Shown here piece by piece: positions 14,335-27,790 of a stretch of 64,000 nt of DNA. Position numbers and translations under genes: made by a program. The notes under the pieces were generated by a model. The model was not told where the DNA came from. It searched no databases and saw only the letters and a program-made list of their open reading frames with translations. How positions within the stretch are numbered: position 1 is the stretch's first letter; each line of letters begins with the position of its first letter. Location of the stretch: positions 6,696,001 through 6,760,000 of the forward strand of contig NC_043018.1 in the NCBI RefSeq assembly GCF_006345805.1, given 5' to 3'. The DNA is from Octopus sinensis. Lineage: Eukaryota.

Positions 14335-14592
14335 AATCAAAATAAGCAACAAGGATATCCAGAGGTAATGCAGTACAATTGTTTCATGCAACTCCATTTA
14401 ATTGAACAATGCAATCAATTCATCAATTTAAAATGCAGAGCAATCTTCAGCTGCACAAAGACATAGAAATTGTGCACCTGAAGATTGCTCTGCATTTTAA
14501 ATTGATGTAATGAGTGCATTGTTCAATTAAATGGAGTTGCATGAAACGATTGTACTGCATACCTCTGGATATTCTTGTTGCTTATTTTGATT
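14335..14592. repeat. Fold-back element (~123 bp arms, 11 bp loop)
   Basis: 14335-14458 is the reverse complement of 14470-14592. The arms contain CTGAAGA...GAAA-caattg-TA. Confidence 0.9.
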
Positions 14593-14601
14593 ATATATAT
14601 A

Positions 14602-14632
<31 letters not shown>

Positions 14633-14866
14633 ATTATATACATACATACATACATACATACATACATACATTCATACACACATATATATATGAATGTATA
14701 TGCATGCATGAACATATATACATGTGTGGATTGAAAAATGGATACGCACACATATATATGTAGACATGCACGCATATGTGTGCGTGTTTGTGTGTGCATG
14801 TGCATATCCGCATACATATACATATTTATATTTATTATATATTCCATATAGTAGGTTTATGTATAC

Positions 14867-14905
<39 letters not shown>

Positions 14906-15546
14906 CATGTGACTGTATATATAAATATACATGTATACATAAACCTATTATATGAATAAATAATAAATATAAATATATGTATATGTATACAGATACGCAC
15001 ACACATGCACATATATATATATGTGTGATCATGTATGTATATATGTATGCACACACATATACACAGAAATCAAACCCTCCCTCACAATTAACTTAATAAG
15101 TAAGCTTCTTTCAATTTTTCAGCATTTAAATAAAATGTATATTAATTTTAATTTTGAAAAGCTTTTAGCTGAATATTGAATTTTTTCTTTCTTTTTTTGC
15201 ATCCATTCATATATTTGTGTGTGTATCTATGTGTATTTGTGTGTGTGTGTGTGTGTGTGTATGCGTATTTTTGTGTGTGTGTAATTATGTGTATGCATGT
15301 GGATGTATATTTTACTGCATACGTGTTCCTTTTCGCAAATATATGTGTCTCCTCGTGCACATGCACACGCACTCAAACATACAAGTGTGCATATGAATTA
15401 ATACTTATGCAACACATATATATATACATATAAAAACACACACATATATATATACAGGCATAAATATATACATAAATCTATATGCATAAGCTTACATATG
15501 TATAGACGTGTATGTTATATACTGTAAATATTTACATAGATATATG

Positions 15547-15607
<61 letters not shown>

Positions 15608-15800
15608 TATGCATATATGTGTGTGTATATAATATGTATTCAGATATATATACAAATATATATATAGATGTATGCATATATATATGTATATACATGTGTG
15701 TGCATGTTTATATATATGTATATATATATACACATGCGCACACATACACACATATTCACACACATGCACACGCACACACGCACACACACACAGTGATGTT

Positions 15801-15838
<38 letters not shown>

Positions 15839-15969
15839 GAAATGATTTTGTGTGAATTGACAATACGGATATTGATATTAGACATAGCTCAACATAAGGG
15901 TACATAGATATACACACACAGGTGCGTGTATGTGTATGTATATGTGTGCATGTGTGTGTATATTTGTAT

Positions 15970-16040
15970 TGACAGACAGATAAACACAGACAGACAGATG
16001 GACAATAGACAGATAGATAGATAGACAGATAGATAGATAG

Positions 16041-16079
<39 letters not shown>

Positions 16080-16084
16080 CAGAC

Positions 16085-16154
<70 letters not shown>

Positions 16155-16167
16155 GTAGGTAGGTAGG

Positions 16168-16213
<46 letters not shown>

Positions 16214-16217
16214 GTAG

Positions 16218-16278
<61 letters not shown>

Positions 16279-16331
16279 CGATAGATAGACAGGACAGATA
16301 GACAGATAGATAGATAGACAGATAGATAGAT

Positions 16332-16378
<47 letters not shown>

Positions 16379-16379
16379 T

Positions 16380-16410
<31 letters not shown>

Positions 16411-16435
16411 GTAGATAGACAGACAGACAGACAGA
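15970..16435. repeat. (GATA)n/(GACA)n microsatellite
   Basis: Direct read. Confidence 0.95.
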
Positions 16436-17107
16436 GAAAGTGAGAGATAAATGAATGGATGGTTGGATGGTTAGAAATATAATTAAGTAGGCAAACAGAA
16501 ATAAATAGAGACAGATAAACGTATCCATAGATAAACAGGCAGATGGAAGAGAGTCTGATGAAAACCTGAAATCAATAAGCTAGTAAGTGCATAATTGAGG
16601 TCTGAAATGTAAGTTGCTAATAAAATACAATTTGTACTTCATGAAACTTCAAACCTTCTAAATAACATACCCCACCACCCAAGTAATTGCAGCTTGTAGC
16701 TTCTACTAATGCTTAATGCTATACAAGTGCACCAGCGCACTAATGTGCAATAGCACTAATGTACAGTGCACCAAATCTAACGATTGTTGCACGATTTATG
16801 CATCAGGCTTTACACTTGGTGTTTAATTCGATGTATATTCTCGTCATGAAATGCGGATGGTTATGTTGATGGCAAATCGTGATTGTTTGCGAAGAAATAG
16901 GAGAGTGGTCTCGGCTATTTGTCGTCAATTCTGTTCTTTGTCAAATGAGATGAAACGCTCAAACACTTTCTTGTTGTCGACCTATGCCCAGCTCCTGGAA
17001 AAGTGGTACTGACAATATATCTATGTGTGTGTGTGTATATATATGTAAGTATCTATATGTATATATGTGTGTGTGTGGGTGTGAGTATATATGTACATGT
17101 ATATATG

Positions 17108-17143
<36 letters not shown>

Positions 17144-18008
17144 AGTATATATGTACGTGTATATATGTATATATATATATGTGTGTGTGTGAGTATATAT
17201 GTAAGTGTATATATGTATATATATATATGTGTGTGTGTGTGTGTGAGTATATATGTAAGTGTATATATGTATATATATGTGTGTGGTGTGTGTGTGAGTA
17301 TATATGTAAGTGTATATATGTATATATATATATATATATATATGTGTGGTGTGTGAGTATATATATGTGTGTGTATATATATGTGTGTGTGTGTGTGTGT
17401 GTATGTCTGCATGTATGTATAATGTATGTATATGTATTTGGATGTTATATACATTTGTTTCATGTATTTGTTTATTCTGCTGTTATTGGTTCAAGGCTGC
17501 ACTGGAATTGCAGAAACGCTGTGACCAAAGCTTTCTGGAGTTTATGGTCAATTACATTGACCACAGTATTTATTCCATTGTTCATGCACACACACACACT
17601 CACAACATACATGTATAAGCCTACTTATATTTCTGAATATATATCTGTGTGAATATATGCATATAGATACATAAATATATTTATATGCATATGTATGTGT
17701 GTATGTCTGTGTGTGTGTATATATATATATATGGCATGTAAAAGCACCCACTACAATCTCGGAGTGGTTGGCATTAAAAGACTGTCCAGAAGAGTTGCAG
17801 GAGATTCCAAAGTCGTAGGAGGCCGTGGGTGAAGCTAATGGCGATTTTATTGAATAAATTTACTCTTTAGTATTTCAAGATATGATTATGTAATTTTGAT
17901 AAATATATCTGTAAAAATAAGTTGTCAGTGTTATTTTCATTTTTGCGTAATTCAGACAACTATTTACTCACCACACCTTATGTATATATATTTATATATA
18001 TATATATA

Positions 18009-18096
18009 TATATGAATAAATAAATGGAGTTTAATGCAGGTGTAAATCAAAAAATATTTGATTTACACCTCGTTAAACTCCATTATTTATTCATAT
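18009..18096. repeat. Short hairpin element
   Basis: atgaataaataaatggagtttaatgcaggtgtaaatcaaa / tttgatttacacctcgttaaactccattatttattcat. Confidence 0.8.
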
Positions 18097-18251
18097 ATTA
18101 TTCAAAAAATTCCACGTAAACACGAAGTTTCTACCTTTATAAACAAGGAGTTACAACCTCTTTACTTGTGAGATTTTTGCTACCCTGGTAACTATTTTTT
18201 ATTTTTCCGTGTTAATTGTTAACAAGGTAAAAATACACTCATCTATTTATA

Positions 18252-18311
<60 letters not shown>

Positions 18312-18354
18312 GTATATATATATGTATGTATATATGTATGTATATATGCATGTA

Positions 18355-19396
18355 TATGAAGTGGTATCAAAAGGTTCCCAGACTAATTATGTTTAATAAA
18401 AAAATATCTTATTTACCTAAGTTTTAACATTAACTCCTTTCAAATAGTCACTTTGTGCGGTAACACATTGGTCCCAGCCTTTTCACCATGGGGAAGAGAT
18501 GGAAATCAGCTAAATCTGGCGAAGAGGGTGGGTGCAGAAAGGAAAACCATGTTGCTTTTGGTGAGAAACGATTTGAGAAGAACTCAGTGACAGGATACAT
18601 TGTTGTCATGAAGAATCCGATACTTTGCACTCCACAGATCCTATTGCTTTTGCCGAATGTCTTTCCTGAAATGTTTCAAACATCTCAGTAGAATGTCTGG
18701 TTCTGGGGGACGAATTCTTGATGCACAATACCACATTTCCAAAGGTAACACTCGAGGCAGATTTTGCTGACTGCTCATCATCTTCCAGGGATGTTCTTCC
18801 ACTTTCGAAGTGCCTGTGCCACTCGAAACATTGTGTACAACCTATGTTTTTATTACCCACAAGGGGCTAAACATAGAGGGAACAAACAAGGACATACATA
18901 GGTATTAAGTCGATTACATCAACCCCAGTGCGTAACTGGTACTTAATTTATCGACCCCAAAAGGATCAAAGGCAAAGTTGGCCTCGGCGGAATTTGAACT
19001 CACAATGTAACGGCAGACAAAATACCACTAAACATTTCGCCCGGTGTGCTAGCGTTTCTGCCAGCTCACCGCCTTAAACATTGTGTACAACCTATTGACT
19101 CATCTCCATAAACTTGCTGAAGCATTCTCAATGTCTCTGTAGCAGACTTTCAGAGTTTAACATAAAATTTCTTGGTTTTTTTTTTGTTCCTGTCCATGAC
19201 AAAAGTCACAGACTATAGCATACATGTGATCACAAAAAACAAAAATTTCACAACTTGTGAATTAAACACAGCAACGTCACTCAACACACTGCCCCAATAA
19301 AGGTCACTGCTAGCTCTCACTAGACATGCAACCATAGGCTGCCATCTGCTTGTGCGCTACAAAACCAGTCCAGAAACATTTTAAAACTACCTTGTA
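18355..19396 (-). mobile_element. Internally deleted mariner element carrying a nested SINE
   Basis: Degenerate TIRs TATGAAGTGGTATCAAAAGGTTCCCAGACT and AGTCCAGAAACATTTTAAAACTACCTTGTA. Remnant motifs are TQCFEWHRHFESGRTSLEDDE and HPPSSPDLADFHLFP. Confidence 0.85.
18846..19075 (-). mobile_element. Same SINE family inserted in the mariner, with 20-bp TSD
   Basis: TSD aaacattgtgtacaacctat at 18826-18845 and 19076-19095. Confidence 0.9.
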
Positions 19397-19647
19397 TGTT
19401 TGTATACTCGCATAAATGTGTATTTGGGTTTGGATATATAGGTAACAGGAAAAGGAAGGAAGGAAGGAAGGCCTAATGTAACAACATCTGAGTATTTTGC
19501 AGCAGAACTTTTAAAAGACAACAGAAAACAGCACATATTTTTCCTCGTATAATCACATTTAGAGAAACAATTACTGTACTATGTGGAGTGTGTATTATAT
19601 GAAAATGAACATAATTATGTTTTGTCAATACATACACACATGCACGA

Positions 19648-19682
<35 letters not shown>

Positions 19683-20202
19683 CACACATATATATGCATA
19701 TATGTAATATGCATTTGTATATGTAAATGAATACATTACATATTTTTGTCTGTGTTTGCATGTGCATATATATACACAAATACATGCATACATATATGTT
19801 TATATGTATGCATATATATATACAGATACACACAGATATATATCTATATGTTTGTGCATTTGTATGTATGTATGTATATATATTTATGCATATATATCTA
19901 TATATTTTCATACATGTGTATATATATGTATATATGTGTGTGTGTGTGTGGTGTGTGTGCATGTGTGTATGTATGTAAGTATGTAAGTATGTATGTATGT
20001 ATGTATATATTTGCATATGTCCATGTAATGTATTTATGTTTTTTCTGCCTGTATATATATATATATTTGTGTGTGTGTGTGTCTCGGCATCTGTGTCCGT
20101 TCATTAGAATTCTAAACAATGTTGCATTTCATAACAATGGAAACGTGATCGTCTCGGTTACCATTCAGCTCTTCTGTTGGTGTTTAATTTGTTTCTGATA
20201 AA

Positions 20203-20232
20203 ATGACTTGGACTATTCCGTGCTGCTGTGTG
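20203..20232 (+). CDS. Putative first coding exon (MTWTIPCCCV) of an unknown plus-strand gene
   Basis: ATG at 20203 with an in-frame TAA upstream, and a strong donor GTG|GTGAGT at 20233 (phase 0). It lies in a unique-sequence island between microsatellites. Confidence 0.55.
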
Positions 20233-20282
20233 GTGAGTATACAAAAATGTATATGTATTATATATACATATACAGGCGTGTG

Positions 20283-20314
<32 letters not shown>

Positions 20315-20719
20315 ATTATATATATAATTATACAATGTACATTTATGTATTTATATGATATGCATGTATGTTTATTTATATATATATAATATATATACAT
20401 ACACACACACATAGACACACACATGAATAATTTACATATATGTATGCACATATGTATTATATATATATATATATATGTCTGTTCATATATATATATATAT
20501 ATATATACATATGTACATATATGTATATATATGTATATGCATGTATGTTTATTTATATATATATATATATATAATATATATATACATACACACAGACACA
20601 CACACATACACACACACACACGTATAATTTACATAATGTATGCACATATATATATACCTGTATATACATATATATGTGTGTGTCTCTGCAATGTACACCT
20701 AAGTGCATATGTGTATGTT

Positions 20720-20760
<41 letters not shown>

Positions 20761-21201
20761 ACATTATGATTACATTCAGAGGTTTTCATCTCTCTTAGCA
20801 ATTCCTTTTCACGACGACATTATTTGAATTTTAACTTGTTCCTGCTCCCTGCATGATATCTTATATGTTCTTTGAGTACGTTTGCACTCAGGAAGTCACC
20901 TTATTGCCTCTCCCTCTTTTGTTCACTCCTCCGATGATGGCCACACGCTGGTTCGACTACTACAACATGCCAACTAGGAACAGGAGACTTCTTGTCATGA
21001 GAATGTTATTTCTATGATATTTGAAATTAAACATTTCAAACTATAATTATTATGATGTCTCTAATTTCAACTTTCTAACCTTGTAATTCGTTAATCTTAT
21101 TTTGTTTGGAATATTGTTAATATTGTGTCTCTGCTTTTATTTTTTAATTGTCCTAGTCATTAGGCCGGATTGGGAAGCAAACTACTTGCTTCTTGACGCA
21201 G

Positions 21202-21295
21202 ATATTATTTCACTGTCTTCATTGCATTTCCTGGTGTACCGCACCTCTGGAATCGAAGTACTATGATATAACAGAGGACTTATCATGGTGGACTG
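21202..21295 (+). CDS. Putative exon 2 (ILFHCLHCISWCTAPLESKYYDITEDLSWWT) of the unknown gene
   Basis: Acceptor ttgcttcttgacgcag|ATA, donor CTG|GTATGA, 94 nt, phase 0 to 1, open. An alternative in-frame acceptor (tcctag|TCA) lies 45 nt upstream. Confidence 0.6.
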
Positions 21296-21550
21296 GTATG
21301 AGAAATGGGTCATTTAGTTGGAAAACATTGCATCGTGGAAACTGACCAAGCCTTGTCAGTATAGGAAAGTGGATGGAAAATACTGATGATTATGGTGGTG
21401 GTGGTGGTGGTAGTGGTGGCGGTAGTGGTGATTGTGGTGGCGGCGGCGGCGGCGGAGGTGGTGATGATGTTGATGATGATGATGATGGTTTTGTTACTGT
21501 TGATCATGATATTGAAGAGGACAACAGCAACAACATTGATGATAATGATA

Positions 21551-21582
<32 letters not shown>

Positions 21583-21779
21583 CTCATGATTTATAAATTT
21601 GATTATTTACAAATGAGAGAGAGAGAGTCAGAGAGATACATATGTGGCAGGGAGTGTGTAGGTAGGTAGAAAGACAGATGGATAGAGAGAGAGAGAGAGG
21701 GAGGGAGGAAGACATAAAAAGCCATATGCACACACACACACACACACACACACTCATCTATTTAATTTTTCTCTGACAG

Positions 21780-21839
21780 ATTCTGGACATGAAATACTTT
21801 GCCTGAAACCCTTGTCGTTATTGCAAATCTTTTCTGCCA
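21780..21839 (+). CDS. Putative exon 3 (DSGHEILCLKPLSLLQIFSA) of the unknown gene
   Basis: Acceptor tttaatttttctctgacag|AT, donor CCA|GTAAGT, 60 nt. Only the phase-1 frame is stop-free, which matches the phase-1 end of exon 2. Confidence 0.65.
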
Positions 21840-22185
21840 GTAAGTAGCCCCACCCCACCCCACCACCCCACACAGACACACACACACATACACACATGCA
21901 CACACACACACACACACACGTACGCACACACACAAATTCTATTTCACTTGGTTTTTTACAATTATTAGTGAACCATTTAAATAATTGAGCAATTACTTGA
22001 TCAATCAATTGATTGACTGATCAAAAGATTAATCAGACAATTGATTAGTTAACTGGTTAATTAGTTAACTAGTTGACTCTAATAAAAAAAGGAAAGAAGC
22101 GAAACACAGACAGCATACGGGTGTGTCTCTCAAATTACAACACACACATACATATGTATACGTCCATATATATGAATATATATAT

Positions 22186-22229
<44 letters not shown>

Positions 22230-22270
22230 AAATGTGTGGTTGTATATATATATATGTATATACATATATA

Positions 22271-22318
<48 letters not shown>

Positions 22319-22508
22319 TAGTACATATATGCACATATATATGTGTGTGTGAGTGGACATATATATAAAGATCTATATACATATGTATATATATGTATGT
22401 GTACATATATGTGTGTGTGTGTGTATACACGTGTGTATGTATGTAAGTATATATATATATATGTGCATATATATAATATATATATATGTATATACACATA
22501 TATATATA

Positions 22509-22603
<95 letters not shown>

Positions 22604-22633
22604 CATATATATGTGTGGTGTGTGTTGTATATA

Positions 22634-22680
<47 letters not shown>

Positions 22681-22684
22681 GCAT

Positions 22685-22880
22685 ATAGATGAGGACAGCT
22701 GTGTGAAGAAGTGTCATACCCTCACAATCGAGGGAACCTATGGAAGAGGTAAATGCAGGAAGACATGGGATAAGGTGGTAAAGCACGGCCATCAAACATT
22801 TGGCCTCTCAGAGGCAATGAGAAGTGAACGAGACCTTTGGAGATATACTGTGCTTGAGAAGACCCAGCAAGCCAAGGGAG
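22685..22880 (+). mobile_element. RTE-BovB-like LINE 3' end (related copy at ~1560-1790 on the minus strand)
   Basis: [33 protein letters not shown]...DLWRYTVLEKT. Confidence 0.75.
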
Positions 22881-23044
22881 ATTGTAGCTGAGGCCAATAC
22901 CAGTGTCTCATAACTTGCTTGTTTAAAAGCACCCTGTAATCATTGGGTGATATGGTGTACTTGTGAACACCTGTTGAACCTAGTGAAATCGTAGTTGTGG
23001 CCGATGCCAGTGCCACCTGACTGGCATCCATTCCGGTGGCACAT

Positions 23045-23330
23045 AAAACAAAATTCAATATGACAGATAGAGAAAAAAATAGTACCAGGACCTAGCCATT
23101 TAATTACAGAGACTATGGAAAGTGTGGGTAAAATGTATCCCAGTAGTTATAGGTGCATTGGGAACTATCCCTAAAGATTTGAACAGATGGATAGAGGAAA
23201 TGGGCATAAAACCCAGTTTAGTACAGCTCTAGAAAACAGTTTTATTAGGGATAGCAAGGATACTTAGGAGGGTTAGAGTTCTTGCCATCTATGGTTATTT
23301 GTTGTAGCCTGAATTTTTCTTTTCTGAATA
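23045..23330 (+). mobile_element. 3' end of an R4/Dong-like restriction-like-endonuclease LINE
   Basis: YQDLA..LQRLWKVWVKCIPVVIGALGTIPK...KTVLLGIARILRRV followed by (AAT)n. Confidence 0.75.
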
Positions 23331-23332
23331 AC

Positions 23333-23419
<87 letters not shown>

Positions 23420-23448
23420 AATAATAATAATAATAATAATGATAATAA

Positions 23449-23697
23449 AACATCTGGAAACTTTAGGAATATCCTATGATCTAGGTGTATTGCAAATATT
23501 GGCATTACTTGGAACTGCACCCATATTGCATAAAGTACTGTCTATCTGAGGACCTCGTTGTGACTTTACAAACAGTACAAACCCCCCAGGAGACACAATA
23601 TCTCCAATCAACAACATCGTGATATTGGATACTGTGCGACATCTTAAATAATAATAATAATAATAATAACAATAATAATAATAATAATAATAATAAG
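23449..23697 (+). mobile_element. Second, different R4/Dong-like LINE 3' end
   Basis: HLETLGISYDLGVLQILALLGTAPILHKVLSI*, a short UTR and an (AAT)n tail. It begins right after an AAT/GAT tract. Confidence 0.7.
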
Positions 23698-23777
23698 TTG
23701 GGAAGACACTCGGCAAGAAATGGAAGCAAATTTGAAAGAAGAAAAAAAAAGTAATAATAATAATAATAATAATAATA

Positions 23778-23815
<38 letters not shown>

Positions 23816-24792
23816 AATAATCCTTTCTACAAAAGGCACAAGACCTGATGTTTGGTAGGAGGGGACTAGTTAATTACATCAACCCCTGGCATTTAATTTA
23901 TTGACCCCCAAAAGGATAAAAAGCAAAGTCAACACCAGTGGAATTTGAACTCAGAACGTAGCAATGAGTGAAATACAACTAAGCATTTCGTCCAGCATGC
24001 TAATGATTCTGCCAGCTCAGATAGTAAATGATGATGATGTGAATTCAAGGATGATGCAGCCCTCCTGATATGGCGTACCCTCCAACTAGTGCTAATCAAG
24101 GAACTCTGCAGATCCGAGCAGAAGAGCACCACTAGCTCTTGTCTGTTATTTGGCTGTCATTGGATTGCCGCCATTCTGGGATTCTCTTTTGAAGGGCATT
24201 ATAGCCAACAAATCAACCCCAGTATGTAATTTTTAAAAAAGCTTGGTACTTATTTGATCAGTCCCTTTTGCTGAACTGCTAGGTTACAGCGATGCAAACA
24301 AGCCAACAACAAATATCAAGTGGTGATGAGGAATAAACATAATGACACACACATACATATATGCCAGGCTTCTCTCCGTTTCCATCTATCAAATTCACCC
24401 ACAAGGCTTTGGTTGATCTGGGGTTATAGTAGGAGATTCTTGCCTAAGGTGCCACACAGTGGAACTGAACCCAGAACCTTGCGGTAGGGATGCAAAATTC
24501 TTACCATACAGCCACGTCTGTATCTGTAGTTCCCCAATCTTCAGGCATGCTGACTCATAAGGGCCAGTTTCCCGATTTCCATGGCTTATAAATTCCCAAC
24601 CTGGATGGGATGCTGCTCCGTCACAGGATAACTCATTTCTGCCACCTGTGTGGACTGGAGCAACGTAAAATGAACAGGAAACTTCTTGTCATGAGAATGT
24701 TATTTCTATGATATTTGTAATTAAACATTTCAAACTATAATTATTATGATGTCTCTAATTTCAACTTTCTAACCTTGTAATTAGTTAATCTT

Positions 24793-25178
24793 GTGGAAAG
24801 CACTCCGCCGGTTACGACGATGAGGGTTCTGGTTGATCCGAATCAACGGAACAGCCTGCTCGTGAAATTAACGTGTAAGTGGCTGAGCACTCCACAGACA
24901 TGTGTACCCTTAACGTAGTTCTCAGGGATATTCAGTGTGACACAGAGAGTGACGAGGCCAGCCCTTTGAAATACAGGTACAACAGAAACAGGAAGTAAGA
25001 GTGAGAGAAAGTTGTGGTGAAAGAGTACAGCAGGGATCACCACCATCCCCTGCGAGAGCCTCGTGGAGCTTTTAGATGTTTTCGCTCAATAAACACTCAC
25101 AACGCCCGGTCTGGGAATTGAAACCGCGATCCTATGACCGCGAGTCCGCTGCCCTAACCACTAGGCCATTGCGCCTCC
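24793..25178 (-). mobile_element. Full-length tRNA-derived SINE, third family, with 10-bp TSD
   Basis: A box TGGCCTAGTGG and B box GGTTTCAATTCC. TSD agttaatctt at 24783-24792 and 25179-25188. Confidence 0.9.
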
Positions 25179-26329
25179 AGTTAATCTTATTTTGTTAGGA
25201 ATATTGTTAATATTATGTACTCTCTTTCTCTTTTACTCTTTTATTTGTTTCAGTCATTTGACTGCGGCCATGCTGGAGCACCGCCTTTAGTCGAGTAAAT
25301 CGACCCCAGGACTTATTCTTTGTAAGCCTAGTACTTACTCTATCGGTCTCTTTTGCCGAACCGCTAAGTTCCTGGTCCAGGAATCGAAACCACAATCTTA
25401 TGATCATGAGTCCAACACCCTAACCACTAAACCATGCACCTCCACAAAAAAGGTAAAGTTACCTTCTATAGTCATGCTGACCCACAAGGGCCAATTTCCT
25501 GGTTTCATGGCATATATTCCCCCACCTGGATGGGATGTCAGTCCATCACAAGATTACTCATTTTTGCCAGCTGAGTGGATTGGAGCAACATGAAATGAAG
25601 TGTTTTGCTCAACAAGAAGACACATTGCCAGTCCAGGAATCGAAACCACAATCTTACAATCATGAGTCCAACACCCTAACCACTGAGCCATGTGCCTCCA
25701 CAAAATGAACGACAAAGTTGACTTCAGTGGAATTTGAACATAGAGATGGATGAAATGCTGCTAAGCATTTTATCCTGGTGTGCTAACAATTCTGCCAGCT
25801 CTCCGCCCTATATAACAAAGGTCCTTCCCGAGTCATAAGGGCCATTTTCCTAGTTTCATGGCATAGATATTCCCCACCTGGACGGGCGCTGGTCTGTTAT
25901 TACAGGATTATTCATTTTTGCCAATTTAGTAGACTGGAGCAAAGTAAAATGAAGAATTTTGCTCAAGAACACAATGTGCCCCCCACCAAGGAAACAACAC
26001 CACAATCTTATGCTCATGAGTCCAACACCCTAACTACTAAGCCATGTGCCCCCACAAATGCTTACAGTAGTTCCTTTCACTAACCAATTTAGCCACAGTC
26101 ACCTACTTTTTGGCAAATTCTTGACCAAGTACCAAAGCCTTCTTTCCATGGGCTACTTTTTTTACAAACAATGTAGTGGGATTTGAGAGTGATTTGACTA
26201 CTATTTCTAATGGATTGTTTAGCTTTGTGTAAGCTTTGTCAGTGATTTGTGCTGATGGGGGTGTATTAATGGGAATATAATAGGGGTTGTAGGGCCAACA
26301 GCTAAGATATGCTGCAATTAAGGGTCCTG

Positions 26330-26599
26330 ATAATGATGAATGATAATGAATATGTCGATTACAAGGAAGAAGATGCTGACAACAATAAAGATGAAGGCAA
26401 CAACGATAATGTTAATGATGATGATGATGATGAGGATGATGAGGATGATGATCATCATCATGGTAAGGGTGGTGGTTGTAGTGGTGAGCATAGTTGTGCT
26501 GTTGATGATGCCGATGATGATGACAATGATGATGGTGATGACGACGATGACGACAATGATGATGATGACAACGATGACAATGACACTGCTGCTACTGGC

Positions 26600-26632
<33 letters not shown>

Positions 26633-27790
26633 GGTGGTGATGATGATGATGATGTTGATGATGATGATGATGATGATGACGATGACAATGACGACGATGA
26701 TGCTGATGATATCAATGGTTTTGGCAATGAGAAATGCTAATGACATTAATCAAAATGGTGTAAAAAAAAAATAGTTGTGGTTGGCTGGCTGGCTGGTTGG
26801 TTTGTTGGTAACAATGATGGTACAGATGAGGATGACGATGACGATGACGACGGCGACGACAAGGACAATCACATGGGTGATGATGATGATGATGATGATA
26901 ACGGTTTGTTTGTTAATTATTGTTTGGTCAACTAATCAGTTAGTTTTCCACCTAGTGGTCAGTTTGATGAGCAGCATGTGTCCTCTGGGAGAGACGGTGT
27001 GGAGTTGAGGTGGCAGATGGTGTGGGTGGGTGGGTGTGGGCGAGGGTGGGAAGGGGCGTAATTGAAACATATGGGTGAGGGTGGGGGGAAGCGTGGAGGG
27101 GGAGAGAGAGAGAGGGAAAGAGAAAGAGAGTGTGTGAGAGAGAGAGAGGAGAATTGCATTAATTATTAACACACTGCCAGTTTAATTAATCAAAAATGTC
27201 ACTTGCATCACTACCATCACCACCGTTGCTACTGCCACCACCATGAACAACAACAACAACAACAACAGCAGCAAACTGATGTAGTCATTATCATCATCAC
27301 CATCATAACAATCATCAACGTGATAATCAGCGACAGCAGCAGCAGCACCGTCAGCCTCACCATTGTTATCCTCATCCTCATCATCATCTTCGTCCTAGTC
27401 ATCATCATCATCATCATCATCATCATCACCAGCACCACCACAATCATCATCATCATCACCATCGTTATGACCATCGTGATCATCATGATAACTATCATCA
27501 TCATCATCATCATCATCATCACCATCGTTATGACCATCGTGATCATCATGATAACTATCATCATCATCATCATCATCATCATCACCATCGTTATGACCAT
27601 CGTGATCATCATGATAACTATCATCATCATCATCATGATAACTATCATCATCATCATCATCATCATCATCAACGTTGTCATCAGCTGTAGCAGCAGCATC
27701 ACAAAACTTCATCATCGTCAACACCACCAACACCACCACAACCACCACCACCACCACCACCACCACCACCACCACCATCATCATCACCAT
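26330..27790. repeat. (GAT)n-rich tract 26330-26900 and oppositely oriented (CAT/CAC)n tract 27205-27790, the latter with a 63-bp higher-order unit x3
   Basis: accatcgttatgacc recurs at 27458, 27521 and 27584. Confidence 0.9.

Noticed and set aside
25100-25178. tRNA-like sequence with A and B boxes (also heads at 3508, 12138, 38707)
   Set aside because: These are SINE heads followed by SINE bodies and TSDs, with no complete cloverleaf, so they are not tRNA genes.
26309-26740. 143-aa acidic Asp-rich ORF as a biomineralisation-type protein
   Set aside because: It lies entirely within a GAT microsatellite, all frames are open, and there are no splice or signal features.
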